64,000 nucleotides of DNA from Takakia lepidozioides. Lineage: Eukaryota; Plantae; Bryophyta. Positions 1-13,000 of this stretch are shown here, piece after piece. The stretch is from the NCBI GenBank assembly GCA_030704615.1, contig CM060731.1:25916001-25980000 (forward strand). Reading direction: 5' to 3'. The position numbers were made by a program, and so were the translations under genes. Position 1 is the stretch's first letter. The number at the start of each line of letters is the position of its first letter. Under the pieces are notes generated by a model that saw only the letters and a program-made list of their open reading frames with translations, searched no databases and was not told the origin of the DNA.

Positions 1-599
1 AAGATCAAGGCCATTCATACCGTATGTTGATCTCTCTCACCATCTTCGTTATTCTCAGTTGTGAGTCCACACTGTTGTCAGCCTCTTTAGCTTGGAGCTC
101 CATAACTTCTTCCATCTGGGATCACCGATTCTTTTGTATTTCTTCCACGAAATCCAGCCTCCATCGTCCAATGTCCGCTCGATTTGGTTGCAGATTACGG
201 ATTGTGCTATAACATGAATGATCGATTGTCATCTAATATATCTAAAGCAAAAAACAAATATTCCACGTTATTTGGCAATGTAAACGGTTGATCATTCAGT
301 CTATTCTCTCGAATTATTTGTACCTTCGGCAAATTTTTGTGCTATCAAATTACTCGCGAGGATTCCCAGAAATTCATTCTTCGTCTTAGAGCCTTATATG
401 CCCGCTCTGCTTGCCAATCCATATCCTTAAAGATATCCTTGAGGAATGTCTTTGGCATGTTGGCCTCCACCTGCTCCTCACTGGACATGGTAAAAATCCT
501 GATTCTCTATACTACGGAGTTGGAAGTCTTTGATTTCGCGATACTGCTTGTTCATCTGGTTCCACTTATTCTTGCACCCCTCCCAGTCGCGGCTTTGCA

Positions 600-2700
600 C
601 ACCATCGCTTTCCAGTGTCTCCGCGGTCTCACTGATCCTTGTCACTTGGAGACGATAGAGTCCATCGTTCTGCGGATTGACTTTTTTTAAAAGCTGAGAA
701 TGTCAATTCTGATTCTCTTTTGCAATAGTGGATACATGTTGAAGATTCACGATGTGAATCAATGGAGTATAACAAGTAATCATTCCATCGCACATTGTTT
801 TTGAACCACTGAATCTTGAGAATCGATGATTTAAAGCTGATATAATCAACCTCCAAGATCTCTTACAATAACCCAATGTAATCCATAAGCTTGCCGTTTT
901 CCTAAAACTTACATGTTACGCCCGAATTATGACACATCTTTTAATGTACATTTGGACAATATTCCATATCCAACTTCCGCCTTTATCATGTTGGTGTACA
1001 GTTGTATAATACCATCCCCACGCAATAAGATTCACACTCGGATTCACCTGAACGCATCACCAGCCTAAAACTTTCAACCAAATCGGTACGACTATCATCA
1101 GTACTATCCATAATAAATGAAGGTTTCTTCATTTTCGACAGTAAGAATGGTTACTCGCTCAATTTCAGAATAATATCAGCACGACATAAAAAAGTACTGG
1201 TACTAGTACATCGTTTCCTGCTGCCCTCTGCAATTGATGTCTGCTAGATGAGGAAGAGCCTAGCGGCCACTCAAGTGTTGTAGAAAAGTCATCCCCTAAA
1301 ACACAATTACCGACAAAACCAACAGATTTGTAAATATAAAAGATAGATGTATGCGGAAGTGACGTCCATGATCCCACATGCAGGCTGGATAGTTCATTGT
1401 AATCCATCACACAAATCACAGCTATGTTCTATCTCCTTTTTGGCCACCAAATTTATAATCCAATATCTACAGAAGGGAGGAAAAATCGAAAGGGTGGTAG
1501 GGCAGAAAGCGATGTACATCGACTATAACGTTAATAACATCGCATGTGTTCATGCCAACACCGTCAGTTTAGCCTCTATTATATGCAGTTGCAGCTCCCA
1601 GTTGTTGTTCACAAACTTACTTTGAATAATACGAATCAAATAAAAATTGTTGTGATTGAATTGAAACCCACCTACGGGGTTCAAGATCTTTAAAGAACCC
1701 AAAAATATACATTTCATATTCCATTAAAGTGAAATATCAATATCAACGTCACGAGCATCTTACTCCTCATTCTAGACACGAGGGACATATGCATCGAGGT
1801 CTCCAATCATCTCATGACATAGTCCCATCGTTCCTTGAAAAATATAACCTTATACCATGCTCCCTCCTAGACATCATCGTTGTTAGACAAAGCCCTTCAG
1901 AGTTTTCAAGTACCTCTCCACAAATAACATAGATCAATAATGCATCGGGCCTGCAATTATAACCTCATCTATCAATTGCACGATCATGTGCACATGACTA
2001 TCAAAGAAGCATGTTGGAAATTACATCTCTCATAGCAAGATCACAAAGATGTCTCTTGTCTCATTGATAAGAACTCAATCTCTTTCATTTCCTTTGAAGA
2101 CACATGACAGCGAACCAACTTAGAAAGATGGGATACAACTTCTCTCACCCCGCTCAATCCCCGATCAATTGCCAATTGTAGTGTAAATTGGAGGATATTG
2201 TAGAAATTGTGTGACTTCAAGCCTGAAAATCTATTATTTGTCATGTTGAAAGCGTTCCTCATATGCAGTGGGTGCATTTAGCCCTTTTAGATAATTGAAA
2301 AAATATATATTTTCTCTTTGTGAGGACATATGAAGTAGGGCTATAGTCCCCTTCCAAAGTGACCCACAAACTCATCTTCGTGTTAGTTACGCATTAGTCT
2401 CTTGTAGCTCCAATTGAGTATTTCTCCCCATTAAATGAATAATCAATCACAAACAAATATTTTTGACAATGTGCATTGGATCCAACAAATGTTGCATCAA
2501 CAATGTAGACTAAGTTTTTACTAAAGCTGATGGAATGACAATCGTTTGATCTCTACACAACATAGGAAATGTTCATGAATATAGACTTGTGTTCACGACT
2601 TGGAAGTTAGATATAACTTCGAATTTCAAGCCATTCTTCTTGCTGTAATAAAGCATCGAGGTTGTCGTCAGGATATCTACAACAATGATGCGTCAAATCC
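600..2700 (-). mobile_element. Degenerate CACTA (En/Spm) transposase remnant (Tnp2/DUF4218/DUF4216 regions)
   Basis: Minus-strand translations give LLMQHLLDPMHIVK (~2460-2505, cf. HNLDVMHIEKN), FSGLKSHNFYNILQFTL (2041-2277), FPTCFFDSHVHMIVQLIDEVIIAGPMHY (~1935-2020) and ILKIQWFK (629-856); many stops and frameshifts. Boundaries approximate. Confidence 0.85.
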
Positions 2701-3169
2701 ATAAATACATTCTAGATAATCCTCGGCAGAAAACATACACAGTTTTATTTCGTCGTAAGGCGCGATACGGCTAAGTCGAGTGGTTGCTTTTCATTTTTAG
2801 GAGAAACTGATACAAATTTGCCAGTGGATACCTGGGAATTAACCCTGATAGGTTGTCCTTGCAACTTAAACTTTGGAAATTCAAGATTAATAACAATTAC
2901 TAAAATAAACAACAAATAATACATACAAAAATATAATCAATAGAACGATCTTCTTCCCCTTCTCTTGGGCGGTGTCCCTTTTAGCCTTGAGCTCTAATGG
3001 TGATGTCCAATTGATAATAAACTATACTCTGACTATGGGGTTTATTTTTTTCCCACTTTCCCCTTAAAAAAAAACAAAACTGAAACTGTAGATAATAAAG
3101 CAATATTTCGAATGGCAATAATTCAAAGAAAACATTTAAGTAATAAATCTTAAATTTCTTCTTAAAACA

Positions 3170-3380
3170 AACTGGGAGTGACTGCTCACAATTCAGGCCC
3201 CCTTCAGAGAAGGAAATATTTAAACCCCTTTGATATAAGTCATTGGGCACAAACATCACCCAGGTAGATTGGTCATGAAACAAACCATACATGTAGTCAC
3301 ATAAGCAAGCAAGTTTGAACCCAAACCCCCAAGTGACACACAGTTGCCCACAGGTAATGACTAATAACTAATAAGCTCAA
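3170..3380 (-). mobile_element. Degenerate SINE-like repeat related to the copy at ~7100-7283
   Basis: CTGGGAGTGACTGCTCACAATTCAGGCC (~3172) resembles CTGGGAGCGACCGCTCACAAATCAGGCC (~7104); minus-strand B-box-like GGGTTCAAAC at ~3314-3323. Confidence 0.45.
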
Positions 3381-3560
3381 AAAGATGCAAAAATTTGAGC
3401 ATACATAAGTCCATAGATTATTATAAATATAGTTCTAGCGAGGTCGAGAGCTAGTTTAGTGTGGAGTGTGAATAGGGCGTCATTGTCGCCACGTCATCGT
3501 AAACACGTCATTGTCGTCATTTTTGTCTTAAGCTGCCCATATTGCCCAAAGAGAAAACCA

Positions 3561-4469
3561 CAGTGTTGTGCGGGTCCGGGTTTTGAAGGCGGGTACGGAT
3601 CCGGGTTACCCGCACCTGCACCCGATCTATCACAAAAAACCCGGACCCTAACCAGGATTCATTTCTAAAATGAACCCGGACCCGCCTGCTGGGTCCAGAA
3701 CCCGTTAAACCCGCTACCCGTGGGCCATTGTAGCGGGTCAGGGTCCAGGTCTTAAATTTAGATGGGGCATACGGGGTCCACCTTAGATCTGGTAGGTTTT
3801 GTCAGATGTGTGGAGGGGACAAGCAGCAATAGGCCGCAGCAGCCAGCCCCACCACGTTGTAGCCCAAGTGGTAATGCCCACATACCACCTCAAAAGCGGT
3901 TGTGGGTTCAATCCCCGGAGTGGTGTCACAAAGTTGTGCCATCCGGGACCATAATTTACACCTCCCAAAGGAGACGTCATATATTATTATTATGCCAGAT
4001 CCCACACATCCATGCTATAGTGATCTACCCTTGAGGCATATTACTATTCTTAACATGTTTAAAGAATTGATATTGAAAAATAGAAAATAGAACTCAAACT
4101 TAATTTAATTCTTATTCATGGTATACATATTCATATTCATGGTATATTTTGAAGGAATGTCTCTTAAAATAAAATTCATTATTAGGATTTAAAGTTTTTT
4201 CCAGCCAAAAATAAATTTATCCCTAATTAATCTTAATTTTCTAATTAGGACCCAGATCCGAACCCGTGAACCCGCTAATATTTCCCAACAACTACCCGGA
4301 CCCTAACCCGAGTCTGTTGTGACAAACCCGGACCCGAACCCGGAACCGAACCCGGACCCGGATTTTCCAAATTTCAAAAACCCGGATCCGGACCCGGACT
4401 TGGCTCCGAAATAAAACCCGCATCCGGACCAGGCGGGTTCCTTAAAAAGGCAGAACCCGCACAACACTG
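3561..4469. mobile_element. Non-autonomous hAT-like DNA transposon (MITE)
   Basis: TIR CAGTGTTGTGCGGGT ... ACCCGCACAACACTG; many subterminal ACCCG(G)/CGGGT motifs at both ends; AT-rich core; no recognisable TSD. Confidence 0.8.
3852..3923 (+). mobile_element. tRNA-derived SINE head (Pol III A/B boxes) nested in the hAT-like MITE
   Basis: A-box TAGCCCAAGTGGTAA and B-box GGTTCAATCCC at tRNA-like spacing; CCAC...GTGG ends; no intact cloverleaf. Confidence 0.55.
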
Positions 4470-4844
4470 GTAATTTCTCAACGGGCTACCTGCCGGAGCA
4501 CTTGGGGCGTGGGTGTGTTGTGTCCTCTTCTAAACAAACTAAGTTACATTTCAAGTACAAGAACCTCAAAGACACAGGTCACGCGAGTCGTCTGTAGACC
4601 TCCTGAAGTTTCGTTATGATCTAGGGATAGAGACTGCAGACGAATCTTTTGACATTCTTTTGACATTCAAGGCTATCACTACCATCTCTTTTTTCGGGTC
4701 TGTCTTCGCATGGGCTTCAGGCCGACCCCTTGGCACAGGTAATAGAGAATGTTGAGATGCAGCTACTTTTGCTTACATCGGTTCTATTGAAATGCAATGC
4801 AATCATTACTTCTACACAAGTTATCAGTGAGGCCTGAGTAGGTA

Positions 4845-5019
4845 TGGTGACCACTGGCGTGCAATGACCTTTTGAGTCCGTTGGCTAGAGATATGATCCT
4901 TGATGGCAGCTTTCCTCATATATTCTAGCAATTAAAGATCTTAGTACTCGTTTACTGGTGACCACTGGCGTGCAATGACCTTTTGAGTCCGTTGGCTAGA
5001 GATATGATCCTTGATGGCA
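4845..5019. repeat. Perfect 64-bp direct duplication (4845-4908 and 4956-5019)
   Basis: TGGTGACCACTGGCGTGCAATGACC...CCTTGATGGCA occurs twice, 111 bp apart. Confidence 0.9.
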
Positions 5020-5029
5020 TCTTTCTTGA

Positions 5030-5870
5030 GTTCCCGACGAGATGAATTCAAGGTCAGATGGTGGGGTCAGTTGCAACACATGTCCAACACGAGATATCCT
5101 AAGTTAATCGACTCTATACAGGACCGCCCTGTCAAACAGGCTAAGTCCTGGCAGAAGAGATTGTACTCATAAGACGTTGTTTGCCGTAGCCTGGCAGAAG
5201 AGAGTAGAAGAGATTCTCAAGGACCTGAATCTTAACCCGCAAGTCTTGACCCTGCTGGATAAATCCGACTTAGAGGCTGTAGTGTCCAAAGCCATGTCTG
5301 TTGCCAGGAAATTGTCTGATGAAAATGAAGTTAGGCAGAAAACTTCCCTGAACTTGTTTCCAGTCTGTGACATGGGGGAGGACATCATGGATGACCTCAA
5401 GGGTCTACCCACTCTTGGCACTAGACTGAAATCACTCAGGGCGGGAAGCCTACCTTTGAACAGCAAACAGAAGCAGAGAGGAAAGGGAGAGTGCAATTGC
5501 CCGTTGCGTGGGCAACCTGAAGACAATATTCATTTTTTGATTCACTGTCCGGGGTTCTCTCACCAGAGAGACGCTCTCTCAAATATATCAAGGGAATTGT
5601 GCTTGTACCTCTGTTTACCAACTTTGAAAGTCTCGAGGCTGAGTCAAAAGCCCAGCCCCTTCTGGGGCCTAGTTATTGGGCAAACCACACACATCAGATT
5701 GATGCTTGTATGAAGGGATATCTAGAGGATATTTGGAAAACCCGGATCAATGTTTTGTTTCCAGGTAAGTCTTACTAACGACGTCAGCCCCGACAGAGGT
5801 AGGTTCTGTCCCTTTGTGTTCCGCTCAAACTGGGCGCGGGGTCAATGGCCACAAGGCTACAGCAAACAAC
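5030..5870 (+). mobile_element. 5'-truncated LINE (non-LTR retrotransposon) ORF2 C-terminus and 3' tail
   Basis: ORF 5177-5713 ends in LRAGSLPL...CNCPLRGQPEDNIHFLIHCP, a decayed C-terminal CCHC zinc-finger motif of LINE ORF2; the tail GGGTCAATGGCCACAAG recurs near 6920. Confidence 0.65.
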
Positions 5871-7099
5871 GTCTTATGAGTAAATTCTCTAATGGGGTCA
5901 GCCAAGCTGCTCCATTATCACTTAGAAATTTGGCCTACACACAGCCCAAAACACCTTCCACTGCTCAATCACCACTCTTTTGTTCTGCCACTTTCCAACA
6001 CCACCCCTCTATCATTTTCACTGCTTACCCAGCACCAACTTACACTTCCTTTCTTCAAAGAGGCTTCCTTTCCCTCTTCCCAAATTAAGCCCTAGCCCCA
6101 CAGAGCTGTGTATAACACTATATTACAGAGCCATGCTTGCCGGTCACCAGCGACCATGCTAGCAAATATCACCAGGAAAAATTACAAGGAATTAGATCAT
6201 TGAAACACACCAAAATCGTTGCATTCACAACGACTTGCTGTAACTTTATTTCCACATGAACAGAGTGAAATTTGAAGACCTTGCGGGATTGTGGGCATGG
6301 AACCTTCACCAGCACAAGGGCCATCCAAAAGGGAGTGAGAAAAACTACCTCCTTTCATCTCTGAGGGACGAAGCTTGTCGTCCTGCAATGCCTTGAGACC
6401 TTGCAAATCCTTTCATTTTTCCTCTGAACGGCCTCTTCCAGTACCCTGGCTGCCTGCTGACACCCTCTAGTTCTTTGACTCTGAAATAGATACAGACACC
6501 GACGGTGGTCCAATTGCCACACCATTCCTTACTGCTTCGGCTGTTGTGGACCCAATTAATTCCCTCTCGTGGAGCTTGCTACAATATGCATCCACTGCGT
6601 TAAGTCCCCTGTGAGCAGCCCATCCTTGTGTCTCCCTGATGTTTTCCTCTGTTCCATCCTTGCTTGTGGTTTGTCATCAGCTTCCAGTGTTGACCTCGAA
6701 TCATTACTTTCAGCCTGTACCTCATTCTGCTTAACCCGACTTGGAGGAAGACAACACACAGGACCTAATGCTCTTCCCTAATTTGGCTTCCATACCTCGG
6801 GCAAAGCTAGCTCTTTGCAATTCCAGGCTTTTCCAGCAGACCGTTAGGTCGGAGCTGGTATGAGTGTAGACGCCTATAGGGTCCATTATCTTTTTTGTTC
6901 CTCACGAAACTCGACACAGGGTCGATGGCCACAAGCGAAAGAACAATTGGGGACACTTGTTCACAAATATTCACCAACTTGATAGTACGATAGTACCCAC
7001 ACCAGAGACACCTCCCTACTTTCTCTCTCATAGAGCGAGTTTGCTTTTTTATTCCAAGTTCAATTGAACAACAATAATCGTATCTGTTTTGTTCAGAGA

Positions 7100-7283
7100 A
7101 ACACCTGGGAGCGACCGCTCACAAATCAGGCCTCTTAACTACAGTGAGAGGAGAAAAACCTCATTGGGACACCGTTGCCCAAGGAAAGGGGGAGATTGTA
7201 CCACATCTGACAAGGTAGTAGGATTTGAACCCAGAATCATCTGGTGGCACTCAGTGCTCTATCCAACTGAACTACCTACTGGT
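7100..7283 (-). mobile_element. tRNA-derived SINE or tRNA pseudogene
   Basis: Minus strand reads GTAGGTAGTTCAGTTGGATAGAGCACTGAG...CTGGGTTCAAATCCTAC (D-arm/A-box plus B-box); T-arm and acceptor are incomplete; the body is shared with the ~3170 copy. Confidence 0.6.
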
Positions 7284-7456
7284 GACTGATTTCATGCTAC
7301 GCAGATGATGGAAATGATGCATCCATTGAACACATCTAATTCACTCCAGAGGACAAAATGGGTTGTTCAAAGGCAAAGACTTAATTAACACCACCACCAT
7401 GCAGATTTACTGCGGTGATAATTTGGAATTTGCAGGGAGGAGCACCTGCAGATGGA

Positions 7457-7867
7457 TCATGTGGTAACTGCAGCGAGATGCTCCAGAAGCGCTTCGAAGA
7501 GGTCAGCTTCCCAGTGTATGTGCAGAACCCCATCCATCTCAGAGCCTTCGTCTATCAGCTTCTTGAACACTGTGTACTCCAGGTAGTGGGCTGGTATGTT
7601 AAATCTGCGCCTCTCAATTCCCACGTACACTGGCACGCATCCCTCCGGAATGTCAAGTAGGGGACATGCATCGGTCTGGCTGCCATTCGAGCTGCTAGAA
7701 CCGGCACCCAGTTTCTGCCATAACCTGCTTTTCAGTGATTTCAGCAGCTCCTTGTTAGAAGAGAAACGTTCACTGGCCAATTTACGCAACTTTGGCGGCA
7801 CTCCCTTTGACAGTTTCCTTACAAAGTTCTTTAACTTTATTTTAGTATCAGAGGCGGGAGTCGACAT
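7457..7867 (-). CDS. SAUR: SAUR-like small auxin-up RNA family protein (136 aa, intronless)
   Basis: DIPEGCVPVYVGIERRRFNIPAHYLEYTVFKKLIDEGSEMDGVLHIHWEADLFEALL matches the Auxin_inducible core (DVPKG..VYVG..RRF.IP..YL.HP.F..LL); first ATG at 7867. Confidence 0.9.
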   Translation of the reverse strand: MSTPASDTKIKLKNFVRKLSKGVPPKLRKLASERFSSNKELLKSLKSRLWQKLGAGSSSSNGSQTDACPLLDIPEGCVPVYVGIERRRFNIPAHYLEYTVFKKLIDEGSEMDGVLHIHWEADLFEALLEHLAAVTT

Positions 7868-8363
7868 TCTCGTGGTTGGTTTAAAGCAAACAGACAACGA
7901 TCATGCAGTGATCCCCCTAGCAATTTGGGATTCGACCAGAACTACATGCCAAAGCTGTCGCCTATAATACCACAAAGAATAAAACAACTTGCAACAGAAA
8001 AACCTTGACAACACAAAAGTGAGGGCCCCAACAACCAGCCACCACAACCATACTGATCTATGCTATTCTTTGAGGTGAAAGCCTTGGTGAATGTGCCGCT
8101 GTCTACAAAGGAACTGAACAATTCAAAGAAGCTAGGTAGGCAGTTCTATCATGAGAGATTGCAAGTGCTACGAAACAAAACGACCTAGGGACTAAAAGGG
8201 CGTAGGAATATGAGATGACTGAAGTGAGTGTGCCAAGGGGATTATATACATACATGTGGGTGAACGTAGTTGGACCTCGGGGGGATAGAAGAAGGGTTAC
8301 CTTACTCACGTCTTGACTGCAGGTTGAAGAATTCGTTGTGATTAGAGATCTTTATCTAGACTA

Positions 8364-8552
8364 TCGAGGCTCTCCTACTCCATTCAACCTCATCTAGCCT
8401 CTCGAGGCCGCTCTCCTACTCTATTGAACCTCATCTAGCCTCTCGAGGCTCTCCTACTCCAGCCACCAGCTCATCTAGCCTCTCGAGGCCGCTCTCCTAC
8501 TCCATTCAACCTCATCTCTCTCGAGGCTCTCCTACTCCATGCACCCTCATCT
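8364..8552. repeat. Minisatellite, ~38-41 bp unit, about 5 copies
   Basis: Repeated TCGAGGC(CGC)TCTCCTACTCCATTCAACCTCATCTAGCCTC. Confidence 0.9.
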
Positions 8553-10028
8553 AACCAGCTAGCTAGGATCGTAAACTTGTACATTTGAGTCAGCTATTTC
8601 AGGATTCCTGACTCCAATAAGGTCATCCAGTACACTTAGAAATCCTCCTAAGAATTCTCCGTCTCTGTAGGCCCTTGCTGCAGCCATGGACGTTATAGTC
8701 GAGTCGGCTGAACTGATGGCTGAGTTCCTAGACCTCGTGAGCACCGAATCTGTAATTTCCTAGAAAATTACTTTTTTTTTAAACATTACTGTAAATGTAC
8801 CGTTAGAGTCATGTTTTCTGCTGGCATAATTAATTAAAAACAAATTCATCATTCTTTTGTGAGAGACCATCAGACAAATGAGACAATTTGATGTCTTGGA
8901 CTCTTGGTCGAACTTAGGTTTCTCTTCATTTAATTTGTGATATCGTTTGGGATCAGATGGAACTGAGTATTGCCAGTGGGTGTGAATAGGTCTTCCACAA
9001 TTATCCAATGATGTTTACTAGTGGAATTGCACTAATCAGCCATGCCCTTTCCTCCCCCTTCTCCTGGCAAGCTGCTTATAGCTAGGGCCCTTACCAGCGG
9101 AAGGAAAGATTGAAACTTTGTTGATGAGTGGACACTTCAGTGAAACTAAATTGACTGATGGCCAACATGAAAGAGGAAACTTGGGAGTTGCAGGAGTGTA
9201 AGGATCCCAGTGTGATCAGAGTGCATGGAAAGTGCAGACATCTGATGGAGTTCTGTGCGTGAGCAAGAAGGGGAGCCATGGAGTTTACAGTTTACAAGTC
9301 CTCTCTAGATGTGGTGAAACAGATCACCCTCTTTGCACCACAAATTGTCTTTCACTTAAGAAGATGGCTGAAGCCTTCACAAGAGTACATGAAATATGAT
9401 GTTGACAGCAGGAATCAAACTAGCCGTGTAAGGCAAAATTGGAACTAGATTCACTGTTGCTCAACGACTCATCTGCTTTAACATCCTTGCTTTCTGAAGA
9501 TTCTAGATTTTCAATATACAAAGGAAATGGCTACAGGGAGAGAAGGTTCATCACAAAACGCTACATGAGGGACTTGTAGAAAATCTCTTCACAATGTTAT
9601 TTACAGTAATTATACAACAAATTAACGATCTTCACCTGTGGACTTCGTCATCCCTGCACCTTTCCCTTCATAACAGAAAGCAGAATTATTCATTTCAAAA
9701 GCTTGAAGATGGTGTATGCGTTAGTATTGACAGGTGCAATGAAAAAGTGGGAAAGAGGTCATTGACCCCTCCCTGAGGAAAAGGGATTCACATAAAAAAA
9801 CTCCACAAATGGCCCCAAGGGCCCATGCAGGGACAAAGTAGAACAACAAGAAACTGACATCAAAATACACTAGACTTTGAGAGAAACAAAATACATTGGC
9901 AGACACACAGACCATCCTTAGGAGCGCCCCACACACACAAGGGGAGAGGGATAGAGAGAGAGACCGTGCCAGAAGACACTCCCTTGTACAACCGCAGACG
10001 CAAAGAGGAACTTGCTAGTTGACAGGGA

Positions 10029-13000
10029 TCAGCTGAGCATGGTGGGGGGCCCAGTCTGTAGCATCCGCTTGAACATATCCATCCCAAATGAGGAGTCTGA
10101 TGAGCTGCACAGGTGCACAATAATTCCCACTTATCCTACAGAGAGTGACTCGAATCAGAACAAAGTACAAGACGCCCAGTGTCTTAAACTTTGCAAGTTC
10201 AGCAAAGGTTAAGTCTTCTCTTTTTGGCTATTGTGTCCTATCTGTAAGGCTATGGCAAGAAATTTCAATGAGTACATCTGTTACCATCACAGCTATGGTA
10301 GAAGAGGGAAGGAGCTCGGTGCCCTAAACAACAGTACGATGTCTCTTACAGGTCGATGATGAACAGAGATTTAAGAACCACTATGATCACCTCTCTTTGG
10401 TGATGATTGAGCAACCTTCCAAAGTGTAGGACGTGTGAAAGCCAGCATATGGCTTAGAAATACTTAATATGGTACACTTATGGTGTCAAGAATGCACCTT
10501 GGAATAGCAATTTCAAAAGGAAAGGAGATAACAACATCCGAGGACACAACTGGTGGAATGTGGTCCTTTTTCTCATTCACAAACTGCAACACCTGCAGCA
10601 GCACATCCCGAAGTGCAGCCTCCAGCACTGCATGCCGCCGCTGCCTTTCATCCATCATAACTTCTGCAAATCCCCCTTTCAATGTCAAAAGAATAAGTCG
10701 AATAATAACCCTCCTCAAAGAATGATGTTACGAAAGCACTTGTGCTAGCCGAGGACCACAATCACTTTGGCTTGGGAGACCCAGGAGGGGTGGCACAGCA
10801 AAGAGAAAAGAAGAGACAAAAGCCAGCTCCACTTAGGAGGCTGGACCTCTAGATAAGAACAAACCTGAAAGTTCCTACACAGTACAGGGGGGGCTACAAA
10901 CCTGCAGAGTCGCCAGTCTGAGTACGATCATAAAAAGGCTTAGAGTGAAGAGGTACAGGAGGTACAACATGGAGCTGAATACACCATTGCTCCCAATACA
11001 AGCGCTCAACCTTGCTGCTGAACCATGCCATTTGTTTGTTTCTTGTTTCATAGAAGGATAGACACACCTGTGTCACAGTATTGCAGTCTATCAAATAGAG
11101 GAAGAAGTATGCCAGGCAAAGACTTGTGTGATGAGTGCCTTATTCACCTGCAAGGGCTAGCTCCCCATGTGTAGACAAAAATAACCCTTTAGGATAATGG
11201 GCAAAAGTTATGGCAGCCCTGTCTGATTTACAAGGATCCTGTGGCACAACTAAAGTTGTTGTGTTCAATTTCTTTGATGTTTCATGTAATCCAGTAAGTA
11301 CTGGTTACCCGAGCCATCTACACAAGCAACTCCGTTCAGTAAGAGGAAAAAATGACAGTGAGGAAGAACGAGGACAAACATGCATAAGCATGAAGAATGA
11401 AGAATGAAGGAAGAATGGAGGGACAAACATCCATAAGCATGCTGACCAAAGGTGTTTTGAAAGCATGAAAGCAGACCTGGGATTTCTTATTTGGATGTTT
11501 TTCCACCCAGGTCAGGAAAAGGTCAATCTTCTCCTCAATCTTCTTCTCAATGGCTTCATCCCCACACTGTACCTGGTAATTTCAATAATTACAGTCATCA
11601 TCAGCGAAATGGTTGCAAAACATCACTACCCAACCTGCAGCTCATCCCTCCTCCTACCCCTATGGTCATCCCTTTTCCCCTCTTTCTTTCCTCTTTCTCC
11701 AAACTGAGCACAGGGCTACAGGGCACTCAGGCACAGATGTACCCTTGACTGACTGTCCCTTTCCCTCCAACAATAATAGGATATTAGAGAAAATCTAGAA
11801 AACTGGTAAATTAGGCATTATGTACCACATTAAGTTCTACTACTGGGGAAGACTTCCATGGGCTATTGCCACAAGGTGATGGCAAGCGGAGTCATGAGTA
11901 TACCTCCAATCCAGGCACAGAGTATATCAACCCAATGCTACTGCAAACACAAGTCTAAAGAGTATAATTCTCTCCATCAGTTTTCCATCTCAGCTTTTTC
12001 TTATTTCCTTTCTCTCAGTTTAAACCTGCCCCTATCTTTGGGACTGTACCCTCTTTCAGACTAGAAATTACACCCTCAAATTCCCTGCATATGCGGTAAG
12101 AGGACAGGCACCGACATAGGTGATTTCGAAAAGCTCGGAATCGATGTCACGTGGCCGCACCAATCCCAGGGCTCTGTTGAACATAATTGTGTGCAAGATG
12201 CCTGCAATTCAATAATTTTCGTCCAAATTACATTATGTTTATACCAACAGGCACTTCTTCTCCTCTGCCAAGGGAATAAAGTAAAGCCTACCTACAGTCG
12301 ATACTGCATTTACGTGCTTGAATTTAGCCAGCCCCACATACTGCCCCTCAATCTCTGGCTTTTTTGGCATAAGAAGTCCATCAAGGCGCATATTACCTCA
12401 CTGGGCAGACTGCACTATCTCTGATCCACTTTCTAACTTCAAGAATAGATCTCCAAACGTAGGTCACAAAGCTTTTGACTATGGTATAACAAGTGTCATG
12501 CCAGTTGCCAAAAGAAAACAATCATAGCTCTCCCTCTCTCTCCACAGAATTGACTGCTTCAAAATGGTAATGTCAAACTGTGTCCTGTGTCTAACTTTGT
12601 CTTAAAAGATACCCAGGAAACTAGACAAATGGAAGGAAGAAAAGACAAGTACATCAACATACATCGCAGGACCTCCCTTATTTGATAATGATCCACTTCC
12701 TGCATACCCCAAAAATACCCTCATCAAATCACTTAAGTCTCCACTGACCCACATGCTCAGCAAGGCTCCCTACATGTAAACAAGAGTCGCGCAGGATGGC
12801 ATCTGCTGACTGAGGAGAGAAGAAAAGCCTACAGAAGTGTACTCATGATACTTTGTGTGAGCAGACCAAAAGTTAGACCCCAATAGGGCCAGGGCTTTGG
12901 GATCGGCCTCTAGAAAAGCCTACAGAGACAGATACTAACAGAAAATCAGATGTCTCGGTCAACTAACCAATAGAGGTAGGCACTCTCTAAACATCACTGA

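Noticed and set aside
6197-6781. Possible additional exon or gene on the minus strand
   Set aside because: Short ORFs broken by stops, with no recognisable motif or consistent splice path.
7214-7283. Functional tRNA gene
   Set aside because: T-stem and acceptor stem cannot both form and the anticodon arm is irregular; treated as SINE or pseudogene.
8364-8552. CRISPR-sized ~38-bp repeats
   Set aside because: Head-to-tail minisatellite without spacers.
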